DNA of 63,362 nt, the filler included, from Candidatus Methanoxibalbensis ujae (GTDB taxonomy: Archaea > Halobacteriota > Syntropharchaeia > Alkanophagales > Methanospirareceae), in the NCBI GenBank assembly GCA_026134085.1. It is 3 parts of 3 records of this genome, joined end to end, with 100 filler letters (N's around TTAATTAATTAA, not from the genome) between each part and the next. Parts side by side here need not be neighbours in the genome. Positions count along the whole stretch, not along the records: positions 42,560 to 63,362 come from JAOQIN010000032.1; 2 more parts are not named here. One strand, given 5' to 3'. Positions 52,591 through 61,544 of this stretch are shown in pieces. Every line of letters starts with the position of its first letter. Position 1 is the stretch's first letter. The position numbers were made by a program, and so were the translations under genes. The notes under the pieces are model-generated. The model saw only the letters and a list, made by a program, of their open reading frames with translations, searched no databases and had not been told where the DNA came from.

Positions 52591-53523
52591 TCACTTTTCA
52601 CCCACGATATTCTTGTATGCTGCTTCGAATAAAGGATCAAACTTTTTCAAATCGATGTCAGATGATTCAACTTTGTATAAAACCTGTTTCCATTGTTCTT
52701 CATATCTGTATGGCTCATATCCCTCGATTTTAATTTTATCTGAAGCTTCTTTCGGTATTTTAAAAAATAGACAGAAGCTCTTAGAACCTATGAAAGTTAT
52801 TCCAAACACTATTGGAAAACCATATTTAAATGAGACATAACCTTTATTATTGCTTCTTGTTAGATTCCATCCCCTGGATTTTATGTAACCCTCTATATTG
52901 TTAGCTAACTTCCAGAATTCCTCTGCAGATTTGGGATTATAGTGCTCCTTGTAATATTTCTCATCGTATTCTCGGATAGTACTTACCGGTTTGACAGGTT
53001 TTTCTTCTTCTACTAACACCTTATTCAAAAAGATGTAATCATTTTGTCCATCGCTAAATTTTTTAAATTCTATGAGTTCAACAGGATAAGTTATTCTGTA
53101 GATAAGTTTTTGAACCGATGGTTTAAAGGAAGGAGCAATTATCATAATTTTTATACTGAACTCTTTTTCCCAATCAAAAGTAAAATCTTCAGGTTTGTTT
53201 TTCTGTTCCAGCCATATGCTTTTAATAGCATCAGGATGGGTTTCAACCCAAAGGGCATATTTCATTACTTGTGGAATGACACTTTCATCTGCCGTCTCGT
53301 CTTTGATTTCAATAACTAATATATTATTTTCATTATCAATGCCCACTAAGTCTATTCTTTCATCTCTTGAATATGTTTGTAATTGGCGTTTTAAGAGAAA
53401 TACGTCAGGTAGTATATTCTCAGTTTCAAAAATTAGTTTTTCTATAGTTTCTTCTGGATGGACTTCTTGTTCATTTAAGTTCTTTGTCCCCTTTTTATTA
53501 TCAATTATTATTAAATTTGCCAT
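52591..53523 (-). CDS. NucS/EndoMS-C-like PD-(D/E)xK nuclease with a C-terminal DUF5655-like domain
   Basis: E..IE, RIDLVGID, VIEIK, QVMKY motif. Confidence 0.72.
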   Translation of the reverse strand: MANLIIIDNKKGTKNLNEQEVHPEETIEKLIFETENILPDVFLLKRQLQTYSRDERIDLVGIDNENNILVIEIKDETADESVIPQVMKYALWVETHPDAIKSIWLEQKNKPEDFTFDWEKEFSIKIMIIAPSFKPSVQKLIYRITYPVELIEFKKFSDGQNDYIFLNKVLVEEEKPVKPVSTIREYDEKYYKEHYNPKSAEEFWKLANNIEGYIKSRGWNLTRSNNKGYVSFKYGFPIVFGITFIGSKSFCLFFKIPKEASDKIKIEGYEPYRYEEQWKQVLYKVESSDIDLKKFDPLFEAAYKNIVGEK

Positions 53524-53540
53524 GTTACTCCCTCCTTACG

Positions 53541-53625
53541 CGACCACGAAGCCCGGCGTATCCGAAGTTCCGAGCGAGGAGTTTGAACAGAGGCGATAGC
53601 GAAGTCGGATATGCACCTGTTATCG
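53541..53625 (-). other. attC-like site
   Basis: GCGTATCCGA/TCGGATATGC inverted repeat, ending ACCT-GTTATCG; other core box degenerate. Confidence 0.65.
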
Positions 53626-53673
53626 AAGGGAGAGCCACGATAGTGGCGGAGCGTTTCGCTTGGTGGCTTCATT

Positions 53674-54312
53674 TTAAATCCATCTTTTTGTATATTTTGA
53701 GTAATTAAATTCATCTATTAATTTTAGAAAAGTTTTATTTTGATAATTTAATGGATTAATATAATCTCCCACTTTCTCTGCAAATTCTTTCATCAATTTC
53801 ATAAATCGAATATATTTTTCAGCGGGATTGTTGTTGTAATAGCAACCATATGCTTTAGCTATTTGATCATCCCAAAGCGGGAAGAAATTTGGTGCTAAAA
53901 GATGTAAAGCCTTCGCGACTGCTACAGGACTTTTTCTCCCCTTCATATTACCTGAAGCAATTCGTAAGGATTCCATAAATTCGGTGAATATCAATTTTAT
54001 GTCTGATTCATCAGATTTAGAGAGTTCGGTTATATTCCTGTTCCTGAATTTTTTAAGTTTTTCTAAATTATTCTTTATACATTTCTCAAGTTTATCAAAA
54101 TCAAAATTTCCATACCTATAAAATGCCTGATTCCAAGTTAGTAAAAGTACGCCCAACCCATCGGCCATATCTGATGGATTACCCCAAAAATGACGGACAA
54201 GAAATGTTGCTACTCTATACATTGCATCTCGTTTTTCATGTTTTTCAAATTCTTCAATTCCCTTAATGAATTCTTCCTCAGTCGGGATATGAACTTCATT
54301 CATATTTTTCAC
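53674..54312 (-). CDS. Hypothetical cassette protein
   Basis: AT-rich 212-aa ORF with LLLTWN and VAVAKALHLLAPNFFPLWD (possibly HhH-like), bounded by att-like sites. Confidence 0.7.
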   Translation of the reverse strand: MKNMNEVHIPTEEEFIKGIEEFEKHEKRDAMYRVATFLVRHFWGNPSDMADGLGVLLLTWNQAFYRYGNFDFDKLEKCIKNNLEKLKKFRNRNITELSKSDESDIKLIFTEFMESLRIASGNMKGRKSPVAVAKALHLLAPNFFPLWDDQIAKAYGCYYNNNPAEKYIRFMKLMKEFAEKVGDYINPLNYQNKTFLKLIDEFNYSKYTKRWI

Positions 54313-54338
54313 TTCCTTTTGCTGTCAAGCGAAATGTC

Positions 54339-54373
54339 GCCTAACTCGTTCATATCCGGACAGTTCGGATATG
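54339..54373 (-). other. Head-of-array recombination core (GTTAGGC), candidate attI or truncated attC
   Basis: Perfect GTTRRRY just upstream of the first cassette ORF; adjacent CATATCCG-N7-CGGATATG inverted repeat. Confidence 0.5.
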
Positions 54374-55014
54374 CTCCCAAATGAGAAGCATATGCGAACC
54401 ATTCGCATCCCTCTGGACGACCATCGTTCTTTGTTTTTATCCTCATGTTTCACCTCTTTTTAAATATCGAATCTTCGCTGTAGGGGACTTCCCATTTTCC
54501 TTTTGGATTCCCTCTTCTTCCAGATATCATCCTTATCTTCTTTATTAACTCCTGAAGGAATGCGAATTATAACCTTGTCGTTTTTCCCAAACTCAACAAA
54601 CTCAATTTTCACCGCAGGGATTTTGCCTTTCCCCGCCATTTTATGGCAGTAAATTTTCCTATTTTTAAATATTTTGCGGTCTTCTCAAGTGGTCATTATT
54701 TCACCAAAACCTTTTTGAGTTTAACACCCTTTGAGTCTGCCAAGCAAATGTGGATTGGCACATATTTCAACCGCGATGACTTCGCAGGTGTCGTGAACCG
54801 ACAGTGGCGCCTGGTGTGCTATGGTTCAATGCCCGGGCGTCATGCCGTAAATTGCTTTTACAGCATGAGCGGAAATGAATGTTGTGGAGACACAAAACGA
54901 TGTTAAGACTTTGACAGGCAGAGATGCTGCCCCATGTCTTTGACAGTTAGACACTCTATTTTATCAGAAAAATATCAGAAAAAATATGGAAGGATCAGGA
55001 GATTATAGAAAGCC

Positions 55015-56394
55015 TCAGTCATTGAAGCCCATGCAGGTTGAACAGTCGTGGAGTTTTTTAAGCAGTCTCGGCGGTATTATCTGATGTCTGATAAGGTCTC
55101 CGAAAGTCTCCCTCTCTCTTATCAGCTCTGTTTTTCCGTTGCATACGAGGACCTCAGCGCATCTCGGTCGCATGTTATACTGCGAACTCATTGAGAGTCC
55201 GTAAGCACCGACATTCATGATCACGAGAATTTCTCCTCTTTTCAAACGGGGCAGCTTCCGATGCTCGCCGAGTACATCTCCCGACTCACAAAGAGGACCG
55301 ACTATGGTATATTCCTCAAACTCATCAGTCCTGTTGTTTTCTGCATCTGTGCGCATGCAGCTCGCGGGAATTATCTCATGATATGCGCCATACATTGCGG
55401 GTCTTATGAGAATGTTGAACCCCGCGTCCACCGCTGCAAAATTTCTCTCGGCGGTCCGCTTGACAGATTGCACCTTTGTCAGCAATATGCTCGCGTTTCC
55501 CACGATTGAGCGTCCGGGTTCAAGAACAAGCTTCACGGGCCTTCGCAATTTTGCAACTCTGAACGCTGCTTTCAGCGCATCTGCGAGGTCATGAGGTGTT
55601 GGCTGTACATCATCTTCACTGTATTTTATTCCCAGACCTCCGCCGATATCTACAAAATCTATGTCATACTCTCTCTGAAGTGACGAAGCAATGCGCAACA
55701 TTTTTTCTGCCGCCTCTTGAAAAACGCTCACATCAAGTATCTGAGAGCCAATATGGCAGTGAATTCCTCTCAGTTTAATCAATTTCATCAGTGATATGCG
55801 CCTGAATGTGTTGAAAATGTCCGCTGCAGGTATCCCAAATTTTGAGTTTTTGAGTGCAGTCGCGATTTTAGGATGTGTTTTCACGGAGATATCAGGATTC
55901 ACGCGCACCGCAACATGCACTCTCTCACGCTCAACAGGCAATGATGGCTGATCTGATGATGGCTGATCTGATGATGGCAGCTGAAGACCATGAGCGATTT
56001 CTGAGAGAGCTTCTGCCTCGTCAAGAGAGTCCAGGCACAATAGAACGCCTGTTTCCACTGCAAGTCTCAGCTCATCATCTGTCTTCGCATTTCCGTTGAA
56101 TATTATTTTGTCGGAGGGGATTCCGGCGAGCATTGCAGCTTTGAGCTCACATCCTGACACCACATCAGCGCCAGCACCCTCCTGAGCGAGTATTCGCAGT
56201 ATTGCAATGCTTCCGTTCGCCTTAACCGCATAACAGATATCAACATCATAGACAGAGGAAATCTCATCCTTGAACTCGCTGAACGCACGAACATATGCGC
56301 GGTAGTTCTCGCGCACGATATTCTCATCTGTGACTATCAGCGGTGTGCCGTATTTATCTGCAAGCTCTTCAACATCAACGCCCCCAAAATACAT
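55015..56394 (-). CDS. lysA: Diaminopimelate decarboxylase
   Basis: GTP, YAVKAN, HCHIGSQI, DIGGG, EPGR, GPLCESGD, GAYG. Confidence 0.95.
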   Translation of the reverse strand: MYFGGVDVEELADKYGTPLIVTDENIVRENYRAYVRAFSEFKDEISSVYDVDICYAVKANGSIAILRILAQEGAGADVVSGCELKAAMLAGIPSDKIIFNGNAKTDDELRLAVETGVLLCLDSLDEAEALSEIAHGLQLPSSDQPSSDQPSLPVERERVHVAVRVNPDISVKTHPKIATALKNSKFGIPAADIFNTFRRISLMKLIKLRGIHCHIGSQILDVSVFQEAAEKMLRIASSLQREYDIDFVDIGGGLGIKYSEDDVQPTPHDLADALKAAFRVAKLRRPVKLVLEPGRSIVGNASILLTKVQSVKRTAERNFAAVDAGFNILIRPAMYGAYHEIIPASCMRTDAENNRTDEFEEYTIVGPLCESGDVLGEHRKLPRLKRGEILVIMNVGAYGLSMSSQYNMRPRCAEVLVCNGKTELIRERETFGDLIRHQIIPPRLLKKLHDCSTCMGFND

Positions 56395-56441
56395 ATTTCA
56401 GCCCCCTTTCGCACAACTTCGCACATCCCACACACGCATGC

Positions 56442-56945
56442 TCACTTCAGCGAGCGAATGCGTTTCACCATTTTCACAGCTGCTTCAACTGCGCGCTTTG
56501 CATAATCAACACGCTCCTGTGCCTCCTGTCTTGTCATTCCAGGTCCTGCGACGCCTAGGGTAACTGGTTTTCCGTATTCAAGCGATAGATCCATTATTTT
56601 TCTCGCAGCGTGCTGTGCGACAATTTCATCATGTTCTGTGGCTCCCTCAATCACGCATCCAAGCGTCACAACAGCATCAACTGCATCATTCCCATCCGGA
56701 TCACGGAGCTCGAGAAGCATCTTAACAGCGAGAGGCATGTCAAATACGCCAGGCACATAGAAAGTGAGGATGACCTTAGCGTCCAGAAACGATGCGTGCT
56801 CCCTGCCCAAGATTTCCATTTGGTAGGTGATATCCCTGTGAAACTCAGAAACAACAAAGCCCAGTCTTATTTTGTCTTTTCCCTCCTTCGCAACTCCTCC
56901 TTTATCCTTTATTTTGTCTGTCTCGTCTCCCCCCATCTCCTTCAT
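56442..56945 (-). CDS. ribH: 6,7-dimethyl-8-ribityllumazine synthase
   Basis: [31 protein letters not shown]. Confidence 0.92.
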   Translation of the reverse strand: MKEMGGDETDKIKDKGGVAKEGKDKIRLGFVVSEFHRDITYQMEILGREHASFLDAKVILTFYVPGVFDMPLAVKMLLELRDPDGNDAVDAVVTLGCVIEGATEHDEIVAQHAARKIMDLSLEYGKPVTLGVAGPGMTRQEAQERVDYAKRAVEAAVKMVKRIRSLK

Positions 56946-57489
56946 CTCCTTTTATCCCCCTAACAGGGCGTGGTAGATTGCTAAGTCATGGTTATGTTTC
57001 TTTATTTACGTTTCTTTATTTACATATTATCCGTCATTTGCGTCATTTGCACGACAAATACTCATCGGTCTTTCGGCGAATTCACTCACACTCAATCACA
57101 CGAAAAAAATTTTCTCTTGTTTGAGTGCTGGGAGAGATTGAGAGTGGAGATGAGATATTAAAGAAGGGAGGAGTTGGCACCTCTGTGCAATCTCCGCTAT
57201 GGGGCTGTGAACAATCTCGCACATGCGTTCGCTTACGCTCACCCCGGGCTTTGCAGCCAGCCGTTATCTGCCACGCCAGCCGTTATCTATACAGGAGGAA
57301 TCAAAGTGATGGGAAGAAGGACAGCGAATGAGGCGCGTTTAATACACTGACTTGACATTGAAGGATACTTATTCATAAGGATATTGTCCAGCAAAAGAGG
57401 CATCTCAAAAATGGAATATTTGAAAAAACTGAAAATTTAAGTGTCAGAGATGACTTAGGAGAAAGAGAGGTGAGGGGATGAGAAACGCA

Positions 57490-57697
57490 TCATGGAGCAC
57501 GAATTTGGATAGATATGAGATGGGCATAACCTCCGGTGGTCTATTTATATGCGGAATTTACATACAACTACACAAAATGAGCTCTTACCCACAAATTCAT
57601 CATACCAACAATCTCTCCCCGCATAACATGCTCAGAGTTCGTAGATACAAAAGGAAAAGGAATACTACGATCGGATTCCTGCTATAAAATTGGTGAA
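57490..57697 (+). pseudogene. Degraded copy of the C-terminal domain of 57734-58684
   Basis: Fragments YNYT, SYPQIHH, ITCSEFVDTKG, IPAIKL across frames. Confidence 0.7.
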
Positions 57698-57733
57698 GTT
57701 AAAAATAAACAAACAAAAGGTAGGAGGGGAAAA

Positions 57734-58684
57734 ATGGAGAATAAGAAGGCGGTTCTGTTAATAGCTTTTATAGTAGGAATGCTCTCCACCGTTATAGAAG
57801 CCAAAACAGAGACTGAGACGCTGACATATAAAGATTTTGACGAGCTTAACAAAGTTTGCACATACGAAGATAACTGGTGTGGATGGGCAGATTATCCGGG
57901 GAAGGCGGCTGTTTACGGGTATATGAGGGATAAAGTGGAATTGCCGGAGGGAACTACGGAGATGAAAGTGGCAATTCAGATATGTTCAGGAGGGTGGGGA
58001 GAGGGGCTTGCCGTTGATTATGGATTGTGGACAGATAATTCAGGCATACAGATAATTGTTGATGATGCTGTATGGTATAACAAAATAAATGAAAGCACGA
58101 TAAAGAGCGAGCACCATCACAGCTATTACAAACACGACTACGGTGAAAGCTTCTCTACCGATTTATTCAATGTGAGTGGTAAGGATAACATAACGCTGAC
58201 AATCAGGATGATGGATGGAGCAAGACTTGATTTCTGTAATGTCACACTCACATTTGAGATCCCACCAACTACATTCGACACAGGTTATGGCACTTATCCA
58301 AGCATAATGGGTACGCATAAAGGTGAAATCATACCATCAGATAACCTCACCGTTGGCAAGTTATACACTTATGCCTGCCCCGGAACCGGAGGGCATACCG
58401 AGTACATCGAATTATGTGAAAACGGCATTCTAATCGCAAACGGCACCTGGGAAGGATATAAAGGTGATTGGCATAATATAACCCTACATAACGTATCAGG
58501 TTATCCTTATGTCATACTGTTGAAAGGTCATAAGTATAACTATACCATCGTAACAGGCTCATATCCCCAGATAATCCATGCACATAGCAAGGAAGTAACA
58601 GGAGGAACAATTACATGCACTTCTTTCGTGGATACGAATGGAAGGAAATATAATGATTGGATTCCAGCAATTAGATTAGAGTGA
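57734..58684 (+). CDS. Secreted or surface protein: signal peptide, variable domain, conserved C-terminal domain
   Basis: MENKKAVLLIAFIVGMLSTVIEA signal-like N-terminus; C-domain FDTG..YPSI.GTH...GSYPQI...WIPAIRL. Confidence 0.8.
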   Translation: MENKKAVLLIAFIVGMLSTVIEAKTETETLTYKDFDELNKVCTYEDNWCGWADYPGKAAVYGYMRDKVELPEGTTEMKVAIQICSGGWGEGLAVDYGLWTDNSGIQIIVDDAVWYNKINESTIKSEHHHSYYKHDYGESFSTDLFNVSGKDNITLTIRMMDGARLDFCNVTLTFEIPPTTFDTGYGTYPSIMGTHKGEIIPSDNLTVGKLYTYACPGTGGHTEYIELCENGILIANGTWEGYKGDWHNITLHNVSGYPYVILLKGHKYNYTIVTGSYPQIIHAHSKEVTGGTITCTSFVDTNGRKYNDWIPAIRLE

Positions 58685-58737
58685 AAAGCATGTAAGAACA
58701 GCATAAGATAGAGGGCTTTTGAAACATCAAGAATATC

Positions 58738-60468
58738 ATGTCGCCTATTGTGGAATTGGAACTTGCATTAAGATCCCTAGGGCTGCCTTTAGCCTCTTTT
58801 CTTACCTATTATGCCACTAGAAAATGGCTTTCTTTAACAGGTAATAATACTGAAAGATTAAATATTTTTGCTACTGGAGATCCTGCTATATTAGAAGAAT
58901 TCTCAGGAAGAAAACCAAAAGTCTTTATCGTCATTCCTTCATATAATGATAGATCCATAGAGGAGACATTGCCAAAATGGTTCAATCAAAATTATGAAAA
59001 TTACGAGGTAATAGTTGCAGAAGATGGAAATAAATCTTACGATTTTGTAAGTGACACGGTAGAAAGAGAAGAACATGAATATAGAATTCCCAATAGAGAT
59101 GTTCGGCGATGTATTACAATAGAGAAGAAAAAGCCGAAAAATGGAAATTTAGATGAAATACTGGTCGTGAGAAAATATATAGAGGATAAAAAGGATTATA
59201 GAAAGGATAGAAAAGGTTTCAAAGCAGGGGCATTAAATAACGTGATTCATTTAGTTGACTTGGGTATTATCCAGGAAGAATTGAATACAGTGAAACCTGA
59301 TTATGTTATGATAGTAGACGCGGACCACGAACCTGGAAGAAATCCACTTTTGGGATGGATTCTAGGTAAAAAGTGTAAAATTAGAAGAATAGAAGAAAAC
59401 AAGCCTTTGAAGGAAGAAGATTACAGAAAATTAGATGATTTGTTGAAACCTTTCGAGGAAGAAGGAAAGGAAATACTCACATTGGATAGCTACAAGCTGA
59501 ATTCAAGATTGATGGATGACCCTAATAGTTTGGTGACCAGATTGGTTGAGTTGATGGAATACCATAGAAAATTCATTCCATGGCTTGCAGTTGTGCAGGG
59601 ATATCAGAATCATTATGCAAATCAGCAAATGGGCTTGGATCTGTTGGTAAAATCTGCGCATATTATAGCTCAATGGGATATTAAATTAAGATCTGCAAGA
59701 ATTAAAATAGAAGTTGAAAATTTAGAAAATAGAGAGAGGAAAAATTATAGCAATAGAATGGAAACAAGGCTTACTACCATATTAAATAGAAAGTGGAGAG
59801 AGATTAACGAATTCCTAGAGAATGGAAAGAAACATAGAGTTTATATTTCTAATCACAGATTTCCGCTATTTACGGGCTCTTCAGGGATAATAAGGTTTGA
59901 TTTATTACCCAAATATAAGTTTGCAGATGATATATTCAACAATTATCTGTCAGTTACTGAAGATTGGGAACTCTCCACTAGGTTACAGAAAGATAGATAT
60001 TTGGTCATGGCAACGCATCAAGTTGAAACATGGGGAAGACCTCCTGAAAACTTTGAGGCTTATAAGAAACAGCAATATAGGTGGGCTTATGGGACTATGA
60101 AAGACATAAAACATCACTTTAAGAATATTTTGAATAGCAATAATTTAAAGTTTGATGAAAAGTTTGGATTTTTAGCACAGCTCAGTCATTATATAGGAGG
60201 CTTGCTACAGCCTCTAATATATATGGGCATAGTACTTCCATTTACAGGCATAATAAACTATACTTTTCTGGATTACATATTGATGACTTATTGGTTTATT
60301 TCGCAATTTATGGTTGAGGAAATGATAGGATATGTGCAGTGCAAAGATAAACTTATGCTGGAAAGTATAAAGCGATATTTTACAATAGGTCCCGTGTATG
60401 GTAAAGCTATTACTGATGCCTTACTTGGTAAAGATTTGAATTGGATACCCACACGCAGAACGAAGTAA
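58738..60468 (+). CDS. Processive GT2 glycosyltransferase (cellulose synthase-like)
   Basis: IPSYND, KAGALN, DAD, TED, QQYRW; N- and C-terminal hydrophobic segments. Confidence 0.88.
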   Translation: MSPIVELELALRSLGLPLASFLTYYATRKWLSLTGNNTERLNIFATGDPAILEEFSGRKPKVFIVIPSYNDRSIEETLPKWFNQNYENYEVIVAEDGNKSYDFVSDTVEREEHEYRIPNRDVRRCITIEKKKPKNGNLDEILVVRKYIEDKKDYRKDRKGFKAGALNNVIHLVDLGIIQEELNTVKPDYVMIVDADHEPGRNPLLGWILGKKCKIRRIEENKPLKEEDYRKLDDLLKPFEEEGKEILTLDSYKLNSRLMDDPNSLVTRLVELMEYHRKFIPWLAVVQGYQNHYANQQMGLDLLVKSAHIIAQWDIKLRSARIKIEVENLENRERKNYSNRMETRLTTILNRKWREINEFLENGKKHRVYISNHRFPLFTGSSGIIRFDLLPKYKFADDIFNNYLSVTEDWELSTRLQKDRYLVMATHQVETWGRPPENFEAYKKQQYRWAYGTMKDIKHHFKNILNSNNLKFDEKFGFLAQLSHYIGGLLQPLIYMGIVLPFTGIINYTFLDYILMTYWFISQFMVEEMIGYVQCKDKLMLESIKRYFTIGPVYGKAITDALLGKDLNWIPTRRTK

Positions 60469-60619
60469 AAATAAGTAGAATTTGTGCATTACGGTCTAAT
60501 TTTTTCGATATCTCAGACAATCTCTGGAAAGTTCCATTGGACTTAACGCATCTCAGAGCAAGCATCTGATTTTCCTTCTCAATATAAAAAGGATTTCAGT
60601 AATTTTCGTTGAGAGAGGA

Positions 60620-60720
60620 GCGAATATATATTGATAAAATAATAATAGTGAGAGATGGAACTTACAGCGAGACCGTGGATGTGAACAGGCGATTGACCAT
60701 TCGGTCTGAGGATAGGACTG
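60620..60720 (+). pseudogene. Remnant of a NosD/CASH beta-helix surface protein
   Basis: DKIIIVRDGTYSETVDVNRRLTIRSE. Confidence 0.55.
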
Positions 60721-60960
60721 ATGATTATTATATAAATAGAAAAGCGATGGCTCAGACCGTGATAAAGATCTTGCAGGGTTATAGAGATTAAAAATATTGC
60801 TTTCAGAAACAAGAGAGTTGTTAGACATAATGGGAAAATTGAGAAGAACCGGTAAAGTGGAAAAAGATGAGCAAATCTTCGATATTTTAGATAAATTAGC
60901 GAAAGAAACGATAGAAATTTTAAATAAGAAAGGAATTTTTATGAAAGAGGGCGGTGAAAG

Positions 60961-61132
60961 ATGAAGTATATCGACTCTTCAGTGCTGAAGATTTTTACAC
61001 ATTTATGGATTCAGTTTTAGCTATTCCGGTATCTACAGGTTTACCGGGAGCGGATGCTATCCACTTTGTTTCGGCGATTTCTCTGCCTGATGTGAGTAAG
61101 ATTATGACGTTAGACCGCCACTTTAAAAGGTG
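60961..61132 (+). pseudogene. PIN-domain (VapC-like) toxin remnant
   Basis: YIDSSV then a stop; later LPGADAIHFVSA..IMTLDRHF. Confidence 0.6.
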
Positions 61133-61194
61133 AAATACCAGATTATGTCTTTGTGAGTGAAATTCCAACTGAACCTCATGAGTCAATAGTTTAT

Positions 61195-61542
61195 TTTGAC
61201 ACTGGACAACCATCCAATCCCCTCCCAATTATCTTCGGCACACACAACAGAGCAATAAAGCTAAATCAAACAATTACTGCAGGAATTTACAACGATTCAT
61301 GGAGTATCGAGACTTTACCATAGGAAGGCTATGGAGGCGATTGGCATAATCCTTCTTTCACTGGACCTTTCAAGTTGTATGCAAATGTGGAGTATAATTT
61401 CACAATAAAAACAGGCTCTTACCCTCAAATTATACATGCAAACGAATTTAATGCAACAGGGGGAAAGATAACATGCACGGAATTCGTGGATGCAAATGGA
61501 AATATATACAACAATTGGATCCCTGCAATAAAACTATATTAG
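61195..61542 (+). pseudogene. Second degraded copy of the same C-terminal domain
   Basis: FDTGQP..GTHN, an in-frame TAG at 61321 where the intact copy has Trp, then EGYGGDWHN..YNFTIKTGSYPQIIHA..ITCTEFVDANG..WIPAIKLY*. Confidence 0.8.
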
Positions 61543-61544
61543 CA

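Noticed and set aside
49127..53625. Inter-gene palindromes as simple terminators or a degenerate CRISPR
   Set aside because: No U-tracts, spacing is gene-sized, and the AAC/GTT core boxes with asymmetric spacers fit attC better.
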